Of a DNA stretch of 64,000 nucleotides, positions 12,793 to 27,407 are shown one piece after another. Where the stretch lies: the NCBI GenBank assembly GCA_964016885.1, contig OZ024741.1, positions 348,502,001 through 348,566,000 of the forward strand. The letters run 5' to 3'. Numbering within the stretch: position 1 is the first letter of the stretch; every line of letters starts with the position of its first letter. The notes below the pieces were generated by a model, which saw nothing but the letters and a program-made list of their open reading frames with translations, had not been told where the DNA came from and searched no databases. The position numbers were made by a program, and so were the translations under genes. Source of the stretch: Eledone cirrhosa (lineage: Eukaryota).

Positions 12793-13144
12793 TTGTGTTT
12801 GCGTGTGTGTGTAAGTCTCTAAGATCATGTGCCGGTATACATAATCACATATATTTAGTTACATTTGTACTGAATACCGAATATACGCATAAATTTAGAT
12901 GTGTATTCTTCTTTCGAGGTCGCACTTTTTTGCCAAATATATGATGTATTTTACATTTTATCGATATATAGAAACTATACAATATGACATAGAGGGTATG
13001 GGAGAGAGCTAAATAGAGAAATTAGTGCTATATTCACCATGTATGGTATATAATAGAGTTGTTTAGGTGCAGCAATCATTTAAATACTCACTTAGGTTAT
13101 GTACACAGAAAATTACACATATATTGCCTTGGATTATATATATA

Positions 13145-13211
<67 letters not shown>

Positions 13212-13541
13212 AGGATGAATATAAAATGAAAGTGCTTTTTTTAAAAAGGAATTTATTAGGTATTGACATATGTTTCTGTAACAGACGGAATACCTATGTA
13301 TCGCTGCTTGCGTAATCATATAATGTTAGCAAGTATTCGATAGCAAATGTATAATCAGTTGTCACTTCTTCAGAGATTTTGGATAAATTGGATAAAATCA
13401 GAAAAATTGATGTATTTATATTAGTAATAGAGGAAGAAAAAGAGGGGATAGTATATGACAGATGGTAAATCAATTTACTGCTAAACAAGTATATAATGGG
13501 TTTCTAATGAGAATACCATGAATACATTATTGATAACCTGA

Positions 13542-13626
<85 letters not shown>

Positions 13627-13628
13627 TA

Positions 13629-13685
<57 letters not shown>

Positions 13686-14320
13686 TAAATTATCGAGAAT
13701 CGCATTTCGGCCCACGAAATACCGAAAAACAACCTCCGAGATTTGTGGCAATAAATATATATATATATATAGAGAGAGGGGGGGGGGTAAAAAGAGAAAG
13801 AGAGACAAAAGTTAGTGGGTGATTATGTGCTGCTAGGTGTCTGTATGTGTGAGAGAGTGTGCATATGTGGGAGTGTGTTTGTGTATGCGTGAGTGTATTT
13901 GTTAGTGTACGTGTTTGTTTGTAATTCAAACAACATCTCCTGTGCAAAGTCTATACACTTTCAATGTAACATCGTTTTATTCAATTAAATGCGTTCTATG
14001 AAAGCGTGAATTTAACAAGATCATTGATATTAAGTTTTAACAATGTATTTTTTCTTAGTTTTGTGTTTATTTTGTTTTTCTTCAAATTACAATCACTTTC
14101 TACACGAAGGAAAGATAATATTATCAAATGCCTTGCGTTCCCAACATTCCAATTTGAATCTGTGATATACGTGTACGGGATATTTGTTGTATAAAGTAGT
14201 AATCACCTGTAATCAACAGTGATTAGTCAATTGATATCAAGGGAATGTTTTTAAGAAAATTAGGATAAATAAATATGTATATATATATGTGTGTGTGTGT
14301 GTGTGTTTGTGTGTGTGTGT

Positions 14321-14364
<44 letters not shown>

Positions 14365-14399
14365 TTGTGTATATATATAGAGAGGGAGAGAGGGAGAGT

Positions 14400-14562
14400 G
14401 GGATAATTGCTGGCCTTGTGCCAAAAGTAGAAACAATTATGATATATATTCAACTCCCTCCGAGGTTAACTTTGCCTTTCATCCTTACAGGTTCGATCAA
14501 ATAAAGTACCAGTAATGTACTGGGTAATTACTGGCCTTGTGCCAAAAGTAGAAACAATTATG
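14400..14562 (+). mobile_element. SINE tail followed by a truncated SINE
   Basis: Tail plus ATTATGATATATAT is duplicated on both sides of a B-box-truncated copy. Confidence 0.85.
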
Positions 14563-14584
14563 ATATATATTATTCACAAACAGT

Positions 14585-15070
14585 GTATTTGGCTCTGAAA
14601 CTGGATCGAAGGCAGCATTTCCCTGTCCACCCTGATTTTTCTCTTATGCTTAAACCAGAAAATGTTAATTAGGGCTTCGCCGAAGAGGAAATTACTACTT
14701 TTCAAATTTTTCAAGCTCGTCCACCACACGATCTCTTTCCCCATGGCCACCAGGCAGTTAGAAACTGCCTGTCCTCTAAAGGAAGATGGACAGCATGTGT
14801 TCAACATAAGGTCATTAGTCAGCAGTTCTCAGATATTCGACGAATGCATGCAGGATGGTTTCGTCACATCTCGGACAGAGTTTTACTCGAGCTGTCAAAG
14901 CTCCTCTGCAGCATTGCCAGATCAGTTAGTTCTGGAAGTATTCCATGGACCCACGGGTGAATATCATTTGGAGGCTATTTTATTTTCGTCGATACTCAGA
15001 GTTTCCCAAGATCTTCGTCGCACTTATCCACCTCACAACCTCTATAGAAAGCTAAGCTGGAGGTTCCATG
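14585..15070 (-). mobile_element. Decayed Tx1-type LINE 3' fragment
   Basis: Minus-strand peptide FQN*LIWQCCRGAL...CPRCDETILHAFV...YVEHML is homologous to 6270-6720. Confidence 0.8.
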
Positions 15071-15084
15071 AAATAATAATAATA

Positions 15085-15258
15085 ATAATTGTTTCTACAT
15101 TTGGCACAAGAACAGTAGTTACCCCAGTGCATTACTGGTGCTTTATTTTATAGACCCCATCACGATGAAAGGCAGACTTTACTAGAGCGGGATTTGAACT
15201 CAGATCGGGACGGGTCATAACTCCATAGTGTCTAACGCTCTACCGATACTACCAATCC
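15085..15258 (-). mobile_element. SINE
   Basis: Head, core and tail on the minus strand, with an (ATT)n tail at about 15072-15090. Confidence 0.88.
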
Positions 15259-15280
15259 CCCAATAATAATAATAACAATA

Positions 15281-15386
15281 GAAGAAGAAGAAGAAGAAGA
15301 AGAAGAAGAAGAAGAAGAAGAAGAAGAAGAAGAAGAAGAAGAAGAAGAAGAAGAAGAAGAAGAAGAAGAAGAAGAAGAAGAAGAAG
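15281..15386. repeat. (GAA)n microsatellite
   Basis: Pure GAA run. Confidence 0.98.
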
Positions 15387-16038
15387 GTGGATGAGGATGA
15401 GGAGAATTGGGTGAAGAAGCAGTTCATCAAGACAAAGATCAACTGCAAAAGCAGCAGCAGCGACAGCCCCGCACCTTCGGTTCAGCCGTGTCTATTCTTA
15501 TTATAATCACTGTCTTATAGACACTCCAGACTACTGCTGCGGATACTTTGATCAATCCATTATCTCGGTACACTAACTGGCCTGCTTCTCACCTCCCACC
15601 TTGGTGTTCTTCAGTAAAATTGACTTTCAACATTTCAAACTGTGTTAATCTTATTAATTTTATTCAAATCTCCTTATATGTCAAACAACTGGTCAGGAAA
15701 ATCAATGAATTCAAACTTTCTTATTACTATAATAAAGAGCAGACAACGTATGAACGTCTACATAGAAACTTGACATGCTAAATGTAACAGTGATATTCTC
15801 ACAAACCAGAAATTACACTTATTGGAAATATTGAAAAACTAGATAATTTATTCGTGTCAGAAAATAACATTCATAAGAGTTATACGCGAGATATCTCTAA
15901 ATATTGACCAGTTTAAATAGCATTACCGTCAAAATATTCATCATAGTAATACTGATTGTTTGTCTGAAATTATGAGAGTTCAAACATTCACGCAATTTTT
16001 ATTGGAATATACACACTTGAGAAAGAATATATATGCAT

Positions 16039-16082
<44 letters not shown>

Positions 16083-16132
16083 GTGAAATATATATATATA
16101 TATATATTCATATATATATTCATATATATATT

Positions 16133-16168
<36 letters not shown>

Positions 16169-16182
16169 TATATATGTGTGTG

Positions 16183-16271
<89 letters not shown>

Positions 16272-16275
<4 letters not shown>

Positions 16276-16572
16276 GTCATGCTGCCAAAAAGAATTACTC
16301 GCGCTTGTTGATTTCACTTCAATTTATTATAAGTTTCCGGTTGGCTGGTTGGTTGGTTGGTTCGATAAACGGAAGATTGTTTATATATTATCAAAGTTAT
16401 TTCGTCACACTTTCTGTAACCTCCTCAGTGACTGGAATTTTATTTGTTGTGTGTCTCTCCTTTGATCTGTCCTACACCATTTTGTTTTCGATACAAATAA
16501 ATTAAAGTGAAAACCAGCAGGTACACGTGGTTTTATTTTTATCGACAACATGACCCTCCAATGGATAACAAC
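16272..16572. mobile_element. Family D fold-back element in (TA)n
   Basis: Diverged terminal IR (GGGTCATG...AATTTATT / AATAAATT...CATGACCC). The minus strand carries a decayed copy of the 54790 hammerhead (AGTCA CTGAGGA GGTTACA..GTGAC GAAA). Confidence 0.75.
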
Positions 16573-16578
16573 ACACAC

Positions 16579-16764
<186 letters not shown>

Positions 16765-17191
16765 GGCGAATACAGAATCCCATTTCACCAGATGACTCCT
16801 AGATAATATGTTGTTTCAGTGCTTTAAGACCAATACAACTGGCGCTAGTGCACAAGTATTACATTGACAAAAGGCAAGACGATGGTCTTTAGGACTATTT
16901 ACAAATGAGAGAGAAATTTACCTCTAACCAGTGATCTGCAACTGAAATTATATCGACGAGTACCAACATATTGATTAGCCAACACGAGTAAATAAAACAG
17001 AAGGTGGAAGAGATAGGGAATATGCAAACGTTGAAGTGTTTGGATGTTATGTCCTAAAATTCAGACACAACTAGCAGTGAAAGAGGGGGAGGGAGAAGGA
17101 AAGAAGGAGAGTAAATGAAGTACAACAAATGCGGTGATGCAAGATAAAGCATATCAATTTTTGTATGTATATATATATATATATATATTTA

Positions 17192-17330
17192 TAGAAGTGG
17201 TAAAACAACAGTTAGTTCACCATATCGAGAACAATTGTTTTACCTTAGCGGATCTTCAGCTCGGATATCCATTACGAGCTGAAATCCGCATAAGGTGAAA
17301 CAATTGTTCTCGATACGGTGAACTAATTAT
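17192..17330. mobile_element. Minimal fold-back element with a hammerhead motif in each arm
   Basis: Arms 17210-17263 / 17275-17328. Arm consensus CGAG CTGAAGA T CC..GG T GAAA CAATTG T T CTCG, with palindromic stem III and 4-bp stem I. Each arm carries one core lesion. Confidence 0.8.
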
Positions 17331-17333
17331 ATA

Positions 17334-17422
<89 letters not shown>

Positions 17423-17426
<4 letters not shown>

Positions 17427-17503
17427 AAAAATTGAACGCGAACAAAACAGAGAGGCAGTACGAACAAAGGTTTATTAGTTTCACGCTCTTGAGAGTGGGG
17501 TGG
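17423..17503 (-). mobile_element. Family E Penelope terminal fragment
   Basis: Matches 21943-22025 and 49628-49710. Confidence 0.8.
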
Positions 17504-18279
17504 TATATATATATATATATAAATTATGATAGGATCAGTTTGAAACTGGTTAGACCATTACCAACAGAGTACGCGATACATGGTGTTGTAGCAAAAAATA
17601 CAACGCTTTAATTTATTACACCATGTTTTACTAACCGAAATCACGATTCTCCCCATTGGTAAACAACATAATATAAATGGCATATATATGAAAAAAAAAC
17701 ACAAATAACAAACCAAACGACACACTACAATGAAGAAATACATATATATATATGTGGGTGTGGGTGTGGAGTGTGCGTGGGGGGGGGGGTATAGCGACGC
17801 TTCATGCGTTGTAAAATTTGACACGTAGGAAGAACGAACACATAAGTTGTTTTGCAGGGATGGTGTTGGTGTTGTTGGTGGATATCAGCCTAAGATGATG
17901 TCACTTGACATGATATTTTACGCTGGTCTGTCTAGAATTGAAGTGTGTGTTACTCTGTCTAAACAAATGGGTGGGCGTAAATTCAAACGGTAAATCTGAA
18001 ACATTGCGGCCAAAGACCTAAATATTATGGGGTTTCCCTTCTTGAGGACGAAGTATATTGTCTTGTGTCTCATTTGTGACGAAGTAAGTAACAAAACAAT
18101 GATTTAAATATATGAAAATAACAAACTTACAGGATGCTACAATACAGCCACGGATAATATTAATAATAGTAAGAATAATAGTAAAACAAAATGTCTATTG
18201 TATTGAGATTAATCTTTGTAATATGTGTACTAGACATTGCATACATCGGGATTTCGGAGGATAGCACATTTAGAAAGAC

Positions 18280-19920
18280 CACAACAAGCCACGATTACAC
18301 TGACCGCTAGAACAATTGCCTCCTGCATGTTGTCCTCCTCCAATCTACTTTGAACATGCCTGGTTGACAGCAGTAGATTTTATCTAAAACTGGCAATACA
18401 ACCCCATATCACTGCAAGTTCAGAGGTTTGCGGAAGATGTCAAAGAGCCCTGGACCGAAAGTTAATCTGAAAGGATTGGATTGGTGATTTTCGTCAACGC
18501 CCAGAATCTCTCCAAGAAATTCGTCATGTTTAGCCGCCACTACCCCCCCCCCCCCCTATAGAACGCCAAAACGTAATCTTCATCAATCGTACTGCTCCAT
18601 TGTCAGAGTGCTGTGAGGGCTTGAAGAGATTCCAAACTCCATAAAGGAGATGTGCTGGGGAGAAACAGCGAACGGTGCCCACACCGGTTTCCCGAAAAGA
18701 ACGAGTTGGTGATGTCATTGTATTAGCACATGTTTCCGCAATATCACCTACATCATGCCCAGTCCTCCAGGTCCCTAGCAATTTAAATAGCCGGTCGTTC
18801 CAGTGCCTGACAACCTTGCTGGACCGCATGCCCCTGTCCCACCAGGTACCGAACTGCAAGGCCACCGACTTTGCTGATTAATGTTTACTCCTGTAACCGC
18901 TCCGTTTTCTCTCAGGTCGATGCCGATCATTTCATTGTGTTTGGTGTTCAACAACACTACGGTGATTTAGTCGGCATATGCTGACACAGATCTATCATAT
19001 TCTAGTTCGACAGGTGACAGCCTTGGTAGAACGAACGCATGTTGTTCAACAATTATGAAAGGTAAACCATTCACTCTAACCACAGAGCACATGTCGTACT
19101 GCATTGCAGTGATCCAGACTCTGAAAACGGTATCGTCACTGGCTGCCTTGAGAATGCTTCCAGATAACGGTGCTCGACAATTTCGAAAGGGTTCAATAAA
19201 TCTAAGTTGATTAGGACCCCACTTATGCAAGTTTCCTTAGCCTTACCCTCTATAATGTATTGCAGGTGATGGAGGTTGTCGTGAATGGATCCTTTTTAGG
19301 ATGGTAAATGTTTCCGCTTCTCCTAGCAGATCACTGACGACAAGCACCTTCTTGTCGCTAACACCTTTGACAACATGTTAAACTCTGCATTTAGGAGAAT
19401 CATGGGTATAACATGATGAATATGTTCCTCCCTTTCTCAGCAGTACCATGGATCAATGGCTTACGGAACTGGCAATTCTCCTGTTCTTCATCCAGTTACC
19501 AAGAGGTCATAGCGCAGCCCATCGAAACCAGATGATGTGCCCCCTCATGCATCCAGTCATCACCTCTCGTGTCTCAGTGGCTTTTCGCAAAGCGCCACCT
19601 CCATGGTCGACAGCCAGAACAGGCCATCGAGGTAGACACTAAATTCAATCTCATGCACCGACCTACGACCATTCCCGATCAGTTGGCCGAATTGCTGCAG
19701 AGAGGCCGCCCACATACGCTTGGGATCGAGTAACATGCATCCGTTGTGTTCTGCCAAAACCGTATAGCAATTTGTTGTTACACCTCACCTCCGCCGCTCG
19801 GGTCCATCGTAAATGTTTCGTCTCCTGGTGATTACAGGCCCACGCTTTAGATCTGACAACAGAACCTTCGTAATTTGTGTTGAAGAATTGGTCGATAGCC
19901 ATTCTCACCACATATAACAT
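18280..19920 (-). mobile_element. Old Tx1-type LINE RT fragment
   Basis: VSAYAD and ALQFGTWWDRGM...HWNDRLFKLLGTW are homologous to AHADD and GLQLGTWRGKFM...WTDGPVKLL of the 5040-7027 copy. Also IHDNLHHLQYIIE and LLNAEFNML. Confidence 0.8.
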
Positions 19921-21678
19921 CAGTTGCGGTTCTATTCATAAAAGCTACTTATAGCTTTCTATCTCACTCTCCCTATATTTCAGTTTTCTCTATCACCAGA
20001 ATTATCCATTCTACTCTAATCCCCCAATTAAAGACAAACGACCATTTGTTGTTGACGATTGTCTCGTCAACGCTCGTTTAACTAATGCACTAATCCTGGT
20101 CTCTAACATTGAAGTCTATCTAAATCGAATGTACAGATCACAGATTTGTGGTGTGTGCATTTGACTACTTTGAATTGAAGACAGTTTATGCAAGTTTTAA
20201 CTTCTTCCTTGCAAAATACACTATGTAGGATCTGGATGAACCGATAATGCTTATCCATGTCTACATAAATACATATGGGAAATCAAGTCGGTATCTCTAA
20301 GAAAATTGGAAATGTCTGAGCAGTTTTGCGAAGCTTTTATATCAACTTCACCTTTCTGCTAATCTCATACAATCCTGGAGCGCATCTGAGATACCATTCC
20401 AGTCACACGCTCACACTAAGGAGCAGGAAGTACCTAGAAAGTTTCGGTTTAGATCGAATTGAATAAAGTTGATTAGATCGATTGCATTGGTGAAATTTTC
20501 TTTTAATTCAGAGCGTTTCTTGTGAGATATATATGATTAGTAGGTGTAATGTAATATTTTGTTGGGGTAAAATACTCAGTTTCTGCAATTGTAGTTTTAT
20601 GTTTTATATAGATAAATAAGCATTAGTTTATGGTTGTCAGTATTTGTGCCTGTGTAATATGTGGACTTTGCACTTTATTGTTAGGCTTGTTGTTGTTTTT
20701 ACACTAGAGAGAGATAAAGGGAGATGGAGGGTGAAGGAAAAATTGAAAGAACGAATATATCTTGATATATTTCTAAAAGAAAACTTAAGACGAAATAAAA
20801 ACAATCTCTATTCATTCTACTATTGAGTAATATGCTTGCCATGTCACTCTGCTTTAAAGCAGATTGGAGAAAAAAGCCATTTATGTAGAAACAAGGTTAT
20901 ATTTACATTAACGTTTGGCTTATTTGACTTCAGCTAATTTAAAACCCATTCCTTCTGCCTCAAAATATATATTGCAAAGTTCAATATGCTATTCGAAAAC
21001 ATTCTTGCAGTAATTAACAATAAAAAGGCCCGTGAGAAATAGCTAAATTACAGAGAAGTAATACAAATCCATAATATAAGTTAATTTCAACACTTACGTT
21101 TTCTCTCTTTCAATGAATAAGCTTTCTGTTGATTCTTTACAATTTCTTGGCTAAATAATAAAGAGAATCTGATTAAAATCATTGATTTCTGTTTTTTGTA
21201 TCAATTTATTATTGTTGCTATTACCGTTGTTTTTAAATGTATTCCTTACTTTATTAGATATTTTATTTCTTGTAGATATTTTGCATGTTCTCTATGGCAA
21301 ACTTGAATTTCAATCAATCTTCTTTCTTCCCCATAATGCATTTACACGTTGAACTGCATGTTATAGTTACGCATGCAAGCAAATATAAACTATGACTAAA
21401 AGAAACTGACAAGGAGTGAAGGTAAACATATATAAATAAGAATGTACAGTCATTCACACTTACCTACGCACACAAGTGCTTAGATACGCATGAGTATCTC
21501 GGCATATATTGCATGAAAATACAAATTAAAAACGACACCAAACCTGTATAATTGATAATTGACTGCATATCTCCATCAGAAAAGCTGGAACATATTTGAA
21601 GAACATACACATACATCAATAAACTTGAGCAATAAAACACTAAATATAGCACACTTGTCATCGTAAATACAATTGTAA

Positions 21679-21720
<42 letters not shown>

Positions 21721-21894
21721 TTACAATCGTATATATATAACTGCTCTGTAAAACAACTGATGTTGTTACATTGAGCTATTTATCTTACTGGTAATAATAT
21801 AGTAATAAATTACTGTCTTTCACTATTTAGGGTTTAAAATATATATAACTATAAAAGGTTTTAGTATATACATAACCATAAATAGTGTCCTTAA

Positions 21895-21942
<48 letters not shown>

Positions 21943-21945
<3 letters not shown>

Positions 21946-24010
21946 GGAAAAATTTGAACAGGGACAAAACAGAGAGGCAGTACAACGAATGTTTATTAAT
22001 TTCACGCTCTGGAGAGTGGGGTGTTGGTGGGGGACCACGTTTCGGGCATAAGCCTTTCCTCAGGTGAGAAGTGTGTGGGAACAGAGTTCAAAGGGTGTGT
22101 AGGGGAGTGGTGGAGAGACATATAGCGAAAGGAAACGGTGCGAATGAAAAAATAAAAAATAAAGATAAAAATAAAAATAAAGCATGATCAAAATACAAGG
22201 AAGGAAATAAATTTAAATATAAAAGCATGATCAAAATAAACTGAAATTAAAAGGGGGGTAAAACAGGTGGTGGAAGGGTGTGGGTGTGTAGGGGTGGTGG
22301 CGGGTGGAGTGGGGAGAGGGAGACGGGGTGTCCGAGCGGGGAGGGCTGAAGGTGGTGTGTGTGTGTAGGTGTGCGTGTGTGTGTGTGTGTATGTGAAAGT
22401 AAGGGTTGGGGGAAGAACGGGGTTGCGTGTTCAGGAAGAGGTGTGTGTGTGTGGGGGGGGGGGGGGTCGGAGTATCTGTGCGTGAGTGGATAGAGGGGTG
22501 AGGGGAGAGGAATCAGGAGGCTGAGGGTGTAAATATGTGGTGGAAAGCACGTGTGTGTGGGGTTTAAGCGTGTTGTGGGTGTAGGTGGCGTGTGGGGAAA
22601 AAAATTTGTTTGGGGTGTGTGTGTGGGTGAGTTATATAGGTGATTACGTAAGAGGATGGTTGAAAAGTAGGTAAATTCCAAAGGTGTTTAGTGGATTCTG
22701 GGTTGGTCAATTTCTGCGTGCGGGTATTCCATGAAGCGATGGTCGGAAGAGGAGAGATGTGGGGTGCGCGCGCAACAGGAAGTGGTCAAGCCGTGGGAGT
22801 GCTGTGTGTCTGTTTGTGCTGGGAGGTGGTCAGAGGGCATAGCAGCAGTCGATGGAATGGTAATGGGACGAGGATGGGTAGGTGTGAAAGTTGGAGTGAG
22901 GAGGGTGTGTGTGTATTAGTAGAGGTGTTAGTGGGATGAGTGAGTGTGGAGAGAGGGTGTGGGTGGAGCGGGGAGAGAAGGGTGTGTGTGGTTATATGGA
23001 GGGAGTGTGGTGTACTGGTGTGTGTGTAGTATGATGAAGGGGTGTTAGTGGGTGTTAGTATACGGGAGTGGGGAGGGGTTGAATGCAGGTGTGAGTGGGG
23101 GTTAGTGGTGGTAGGGTGTGTAGAGTTGGTGGTGTACGAGGGTGTGTGGGTACGTGTGCGTGGGGTTGGGGGGTGTTAGTGATGTTAGTTGCGTGTGGGG
23201 TGGGTGGTGTAAGTGGGTGCGTGTGTTCGTGTGCTTGGGTTTAGGGGGTGTTAGTGGGGTTAATTGCGGGGTGGTGGGATGGAGGTGTGGGGTGATAGGT
23301 GTGGAGGTGAGGGTTAGTGGTGGTGGTAGGGTGTGTGTTTAGTGTGAGCGCGTGTATATATGTAACGGTGGGTGTGTGCGTGTGATAAGGAGGGGGGAGG
23401 AGAAGAAGGGAGGGATGTTAGTATGTTAGTTGGGGATGGGTGGTCGGATGAGGGGTGGAGTGGAGGTGTTAGTATTGTTAGTTGTGGGGTGGGCGGTGAA
23501 AAGGAGGGGTGTGTTAGTGGTGTTAGTGGGGGATAAGGGTGGGGGGATGGGGGCGGTCGAACGCTAAAGGAATAAGGGTGGGGAGTTCAGGCCGGGGGAA
23601 GTGTGGGTCTGTAAGATGAAGATAGTTCGTTGTTCGACCGTAAGGCGATGGGCGGGTGTTCCGTGGCACTGGAGTAGGCCACAGACTGTGAGATGGCGTG
23701 CGGAATGTCCAGGGCCACCAAAGTGGCGGGCGATGGGGGAACTACCCCCGAGACGAATATCCCGGAGGTGCTCCGTGAATCGTCCGCCAGGCGACGTCCC
23801 GTCAGCGAAGTCCATAGACTAGGTTGGTGGAGGTGCAGCGGAAGGCATGCTGGACAGAGAGAGAGTGGCCGTTGGGACCCTGGAAGGTGGTGGTGTTGGT
23901 GATGTGGGGACAGGTGTTGCAGCGGGGCCTAGAACAGGGAAAGGAACTGGGGGGGGGGGGGGGGGGACAGAGCATGGGTTGGGGGTTAGGGAGCTGTGGA
24001 CGAGGAGGGT
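21943..24010 (-). mobile_element. Penelope-like element (family E): GIY-YIG fragment, long C/A-rich 3' region, pLTR
   Basis: 23564-23990 encodes FPCSRPRCNTCPH...FRCTSTNLVY / RFTEHLRDIR..SPIARHF..PGH...EQRTIFILQTHTSPGLN, with the YIG segment deleted. Terminus is shared with 17423 and 49628. Confidence 0.88.
22034..22066 (-). ncRNA. Minimal type I hammerhead motif (decayed)
   Basis: AC CTGAGGA A AGGC TTAT GCCC GAAACGTG GT; the cleavage base is G rather than H. Confidence 0.55.
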
Positions 24011-24185
24011 GCGATATATATACTTATAATCGTATTTACGATGACAAGAGTGTTATATATAGTGTTTTATTGCTTAGTTTATTGATGTATGTGTATGTTC
24101 TTCAAATACGTTCCAGCTTATCTGATGGAGATATGCAGTCAATTATACAGGTTTGGTGTCGTTTTTAATTTGTGTTTTCTTGCAA

Positions 24186-24344
<159 letters not shown>

Positions 24345-24487
24345 ATATATGTGTAGAATTTGTATTTAATTTGTTGGAAGTCCGACAAACATAAATGTTT
24401 ATAACTGATTTAGAGCACTCCACAAGTTACTGGAGTAAATATTCCATGATATTAAATAAATGAAAACTATATCTATAAAACCATATT

Positions 24488-24552
24488 TATTTTATTATAT
24501 ATATTTCAAGGGCAACCAAGACACCATTGGTGCGCTTTCATCAGATAAAATA
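24488..24552 (-). ncRNA. Type I hammerhead ribozyme motif (family G)
   Basis: TATTTTAT CTGATGA [AAG-GCA-CCAA..TTGG-TGC-CTT] GAAA TATATA T A ATAAAATA: 8-bp stem I, palindromic stem III, AUA cleavage triplet. Confidence 0.8.
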
Positions 24553-24639
24553 CAAATATATATATATATATATATATATACATAGAGAGAGAAGGAAAGA
24601 AAGAAAGAGAGAGAGAGGGGGGGGGAGAGATAGAGAGAA

Positions 24640-24964
<325 letters not shown>

Positions 24965-26869
24965 GAGGCGCATAATTATTCCCTATGTAATATGCATAGA
25001 TTCGAGTAGTGATATAACTAGCAATCTCTACTTATTTTTTATCTCTCTTGAAGTCCAGTCTCCTAATTTTCTGGGAGTCTAAATTACGCTCATGGTGTTG
25101 AATTCCTCGCACCGTTGACACATTTTCTATTGATTACTACATTATCTATTCCCTTGCTCCTTTTACCGGTAGATAATCCGATTTGAGAATGGATAACATT
25201 TATTCCCATTTTTCTTTTTCTGAACTGCAATTATCAAATATTCATCTCGCTACCATTTTTTCGGTACAGTTGTTTTGTCTATGTCAGATTCTATCCTGGT
25301 TTAATTTAATTCTTAAACAGATACCTCCCTTTATGATTCATGCAAATTTAACAATCAATTTGGTGATGCTCTAAAAACTCCAAACGTGCAGCATCTATTT
25401 GATTTATTAACCGCTGGATAATATTCCCTTTGCTCTCGGCTGGTGTTTTTTTTTTTGTTTTGTTTGTTTTTTTGTCACTTGCACCGGTCATGTGAAAGGT
25501 GAAACATTTCTTACTTCCTGCTAGAGTTCACGAATAATTCTTCTGCTTTCCATCATAGGTCTGATATCAACACTACAAACTAAATGCTTCAAATGATATA
25601 CAACTATCATCGAGTCTCATACGATTCATTCGTCGATCCTTTATATGTTAGGCGCTTCCTATCATGTACTCACTCCCTATAGATTTTCCAAGTTACAGTC
25701 ATTTCAACAATCAATATGTTCTGCTACGTCAATATTTAACATGGTTTCAAAGGGTTGCTAAGCTATTTCGTTATTGCAATATTGATTGAGAAACCATGTA
25801 TCTTACAGTCATTAGCAACTGAAACAATCACAAGTTTGTGGTTTCCTTTATTTATATTTCTGTATCTCTTATCAGTTCACTCGTGTAAAACAATTGGGTG
25901 CCATATTGTGTTTATTCATATCATCTGGAGCCTTCCGCCATAGTTAGTATTGTACGCCAGTAAGGACAATCAGCATTTTATTATGTCGTCATAGCTTCAA
26001 ACAACGATGACTAAGAGTCATACTGATGACAGATTGGGTAAATCCATCCGCACTAACAATTATGTCTGAGTTGGAAGCAACGATTTCAGAGGAAGTCCAA
26101 ATCCGGTTGGATGCATTTCCCACAGCAAGTTCGTATAGCTTAATTTTCTCAGCGTATTTACGTTACTTTAGTCTGAAATTACATGCTATATTATGATATT
26201 GGTCGAAGATTAAATATATATGAATGGGACAACAAATACCATTCAACACATAAATGTTATGGGCCATTTAGTATGTTGTGACGTAGGCCATTTTGTGCTA
26301 ACTGGTGAAGGTATACTTTTTAACGCAATTTGTTGAGAGTACTAGATACGTTCAAGTTGGGGTTGATTGAAAAGAGTCGCATATCTAAAATTAGGGAGGC
26401 GGGTGAAATGGTAGAATGTCACAGCTTTAAGTAGAATAGTATGCGGTAATTATACAGGGTTCTTTGTGTCTCGAGTTTAATCCCACCTATGTCAAATTTG
26501 GCATTCAAAATATTTTAAATCGCAGGTTTTAGTAGGCTAAATCTCAAAATGTCAATGACATTTTGAGATTTATTTTCATAAGCTATGTTTTCTTTGCTAT
26601 TCAATTAAATTTGTACCTAGATACGAGGGAGAACGTATTAAAAATACTTTATAATCTACGAACCGCTACATTGAATTGACCTTGATGAACACCCGAAGGA
26701 ACATTCTACCGGTTAGTACTTACTTTCTACCGGTTAGCCTTATAACATTCATGTGAGTACAAATGAAAAACAGCATTGTCTAAAGTTAAATCTTCGTAAG
26801 TGTACGATAAAACTAAATCATTTTGCTATTCTAATGTAACTGTAAGCAATTCTTTATATATATATAAAT

Positions 26870-26908
<39 letters not shown>

Positions 26909-27309
26909 GTAATATAGTAATATATATACATATGTGTATGTGTGTGTATGTGTGTGTGTGTGTGAGTGCATGTGTGCGTGTATATGTGTGAGTGCATGTG
27001 TGCGTGTGTGTGTGTTTGTTTATATATGTATATTATTTATTTCCTACTTTCTTCTTTAGTCTACAACTAATGGCATTTTTCTGTCAGTAACTATTCATAT
27101 TGTTGGCTAGGGAAAGTGTCTATATATTTTAATTTTATTCGCTTTCTCTTTAACTCGCTTAAACACAAACTTATACTTTATCCATCTCTATATGTTATTT
27201 CTCTCCTAATTCTCTCTCCTTCCTTCTCAGTCTGTTTCTATATATTCTATACATATATTTTATTTTTTTATGTTGTAATTGTATTTTTCGTTTCCCACCT
27301 CTCGTCTAC

Positions 27310-27407
<98 letters not shown>

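Noticed and set aside
13260-13325. GAAA-CATATG-TC half hammerhead on the minus strand
   Set aside because: The 5' core is decayed (ATATGA). Probably an old PLE terminus, but not callable as a ribozyme.
25380-26760. Possible old DNA transposon (TACGAGGG end near 26622)
   Set aside because: No matching second TIR or readable transposase motif.
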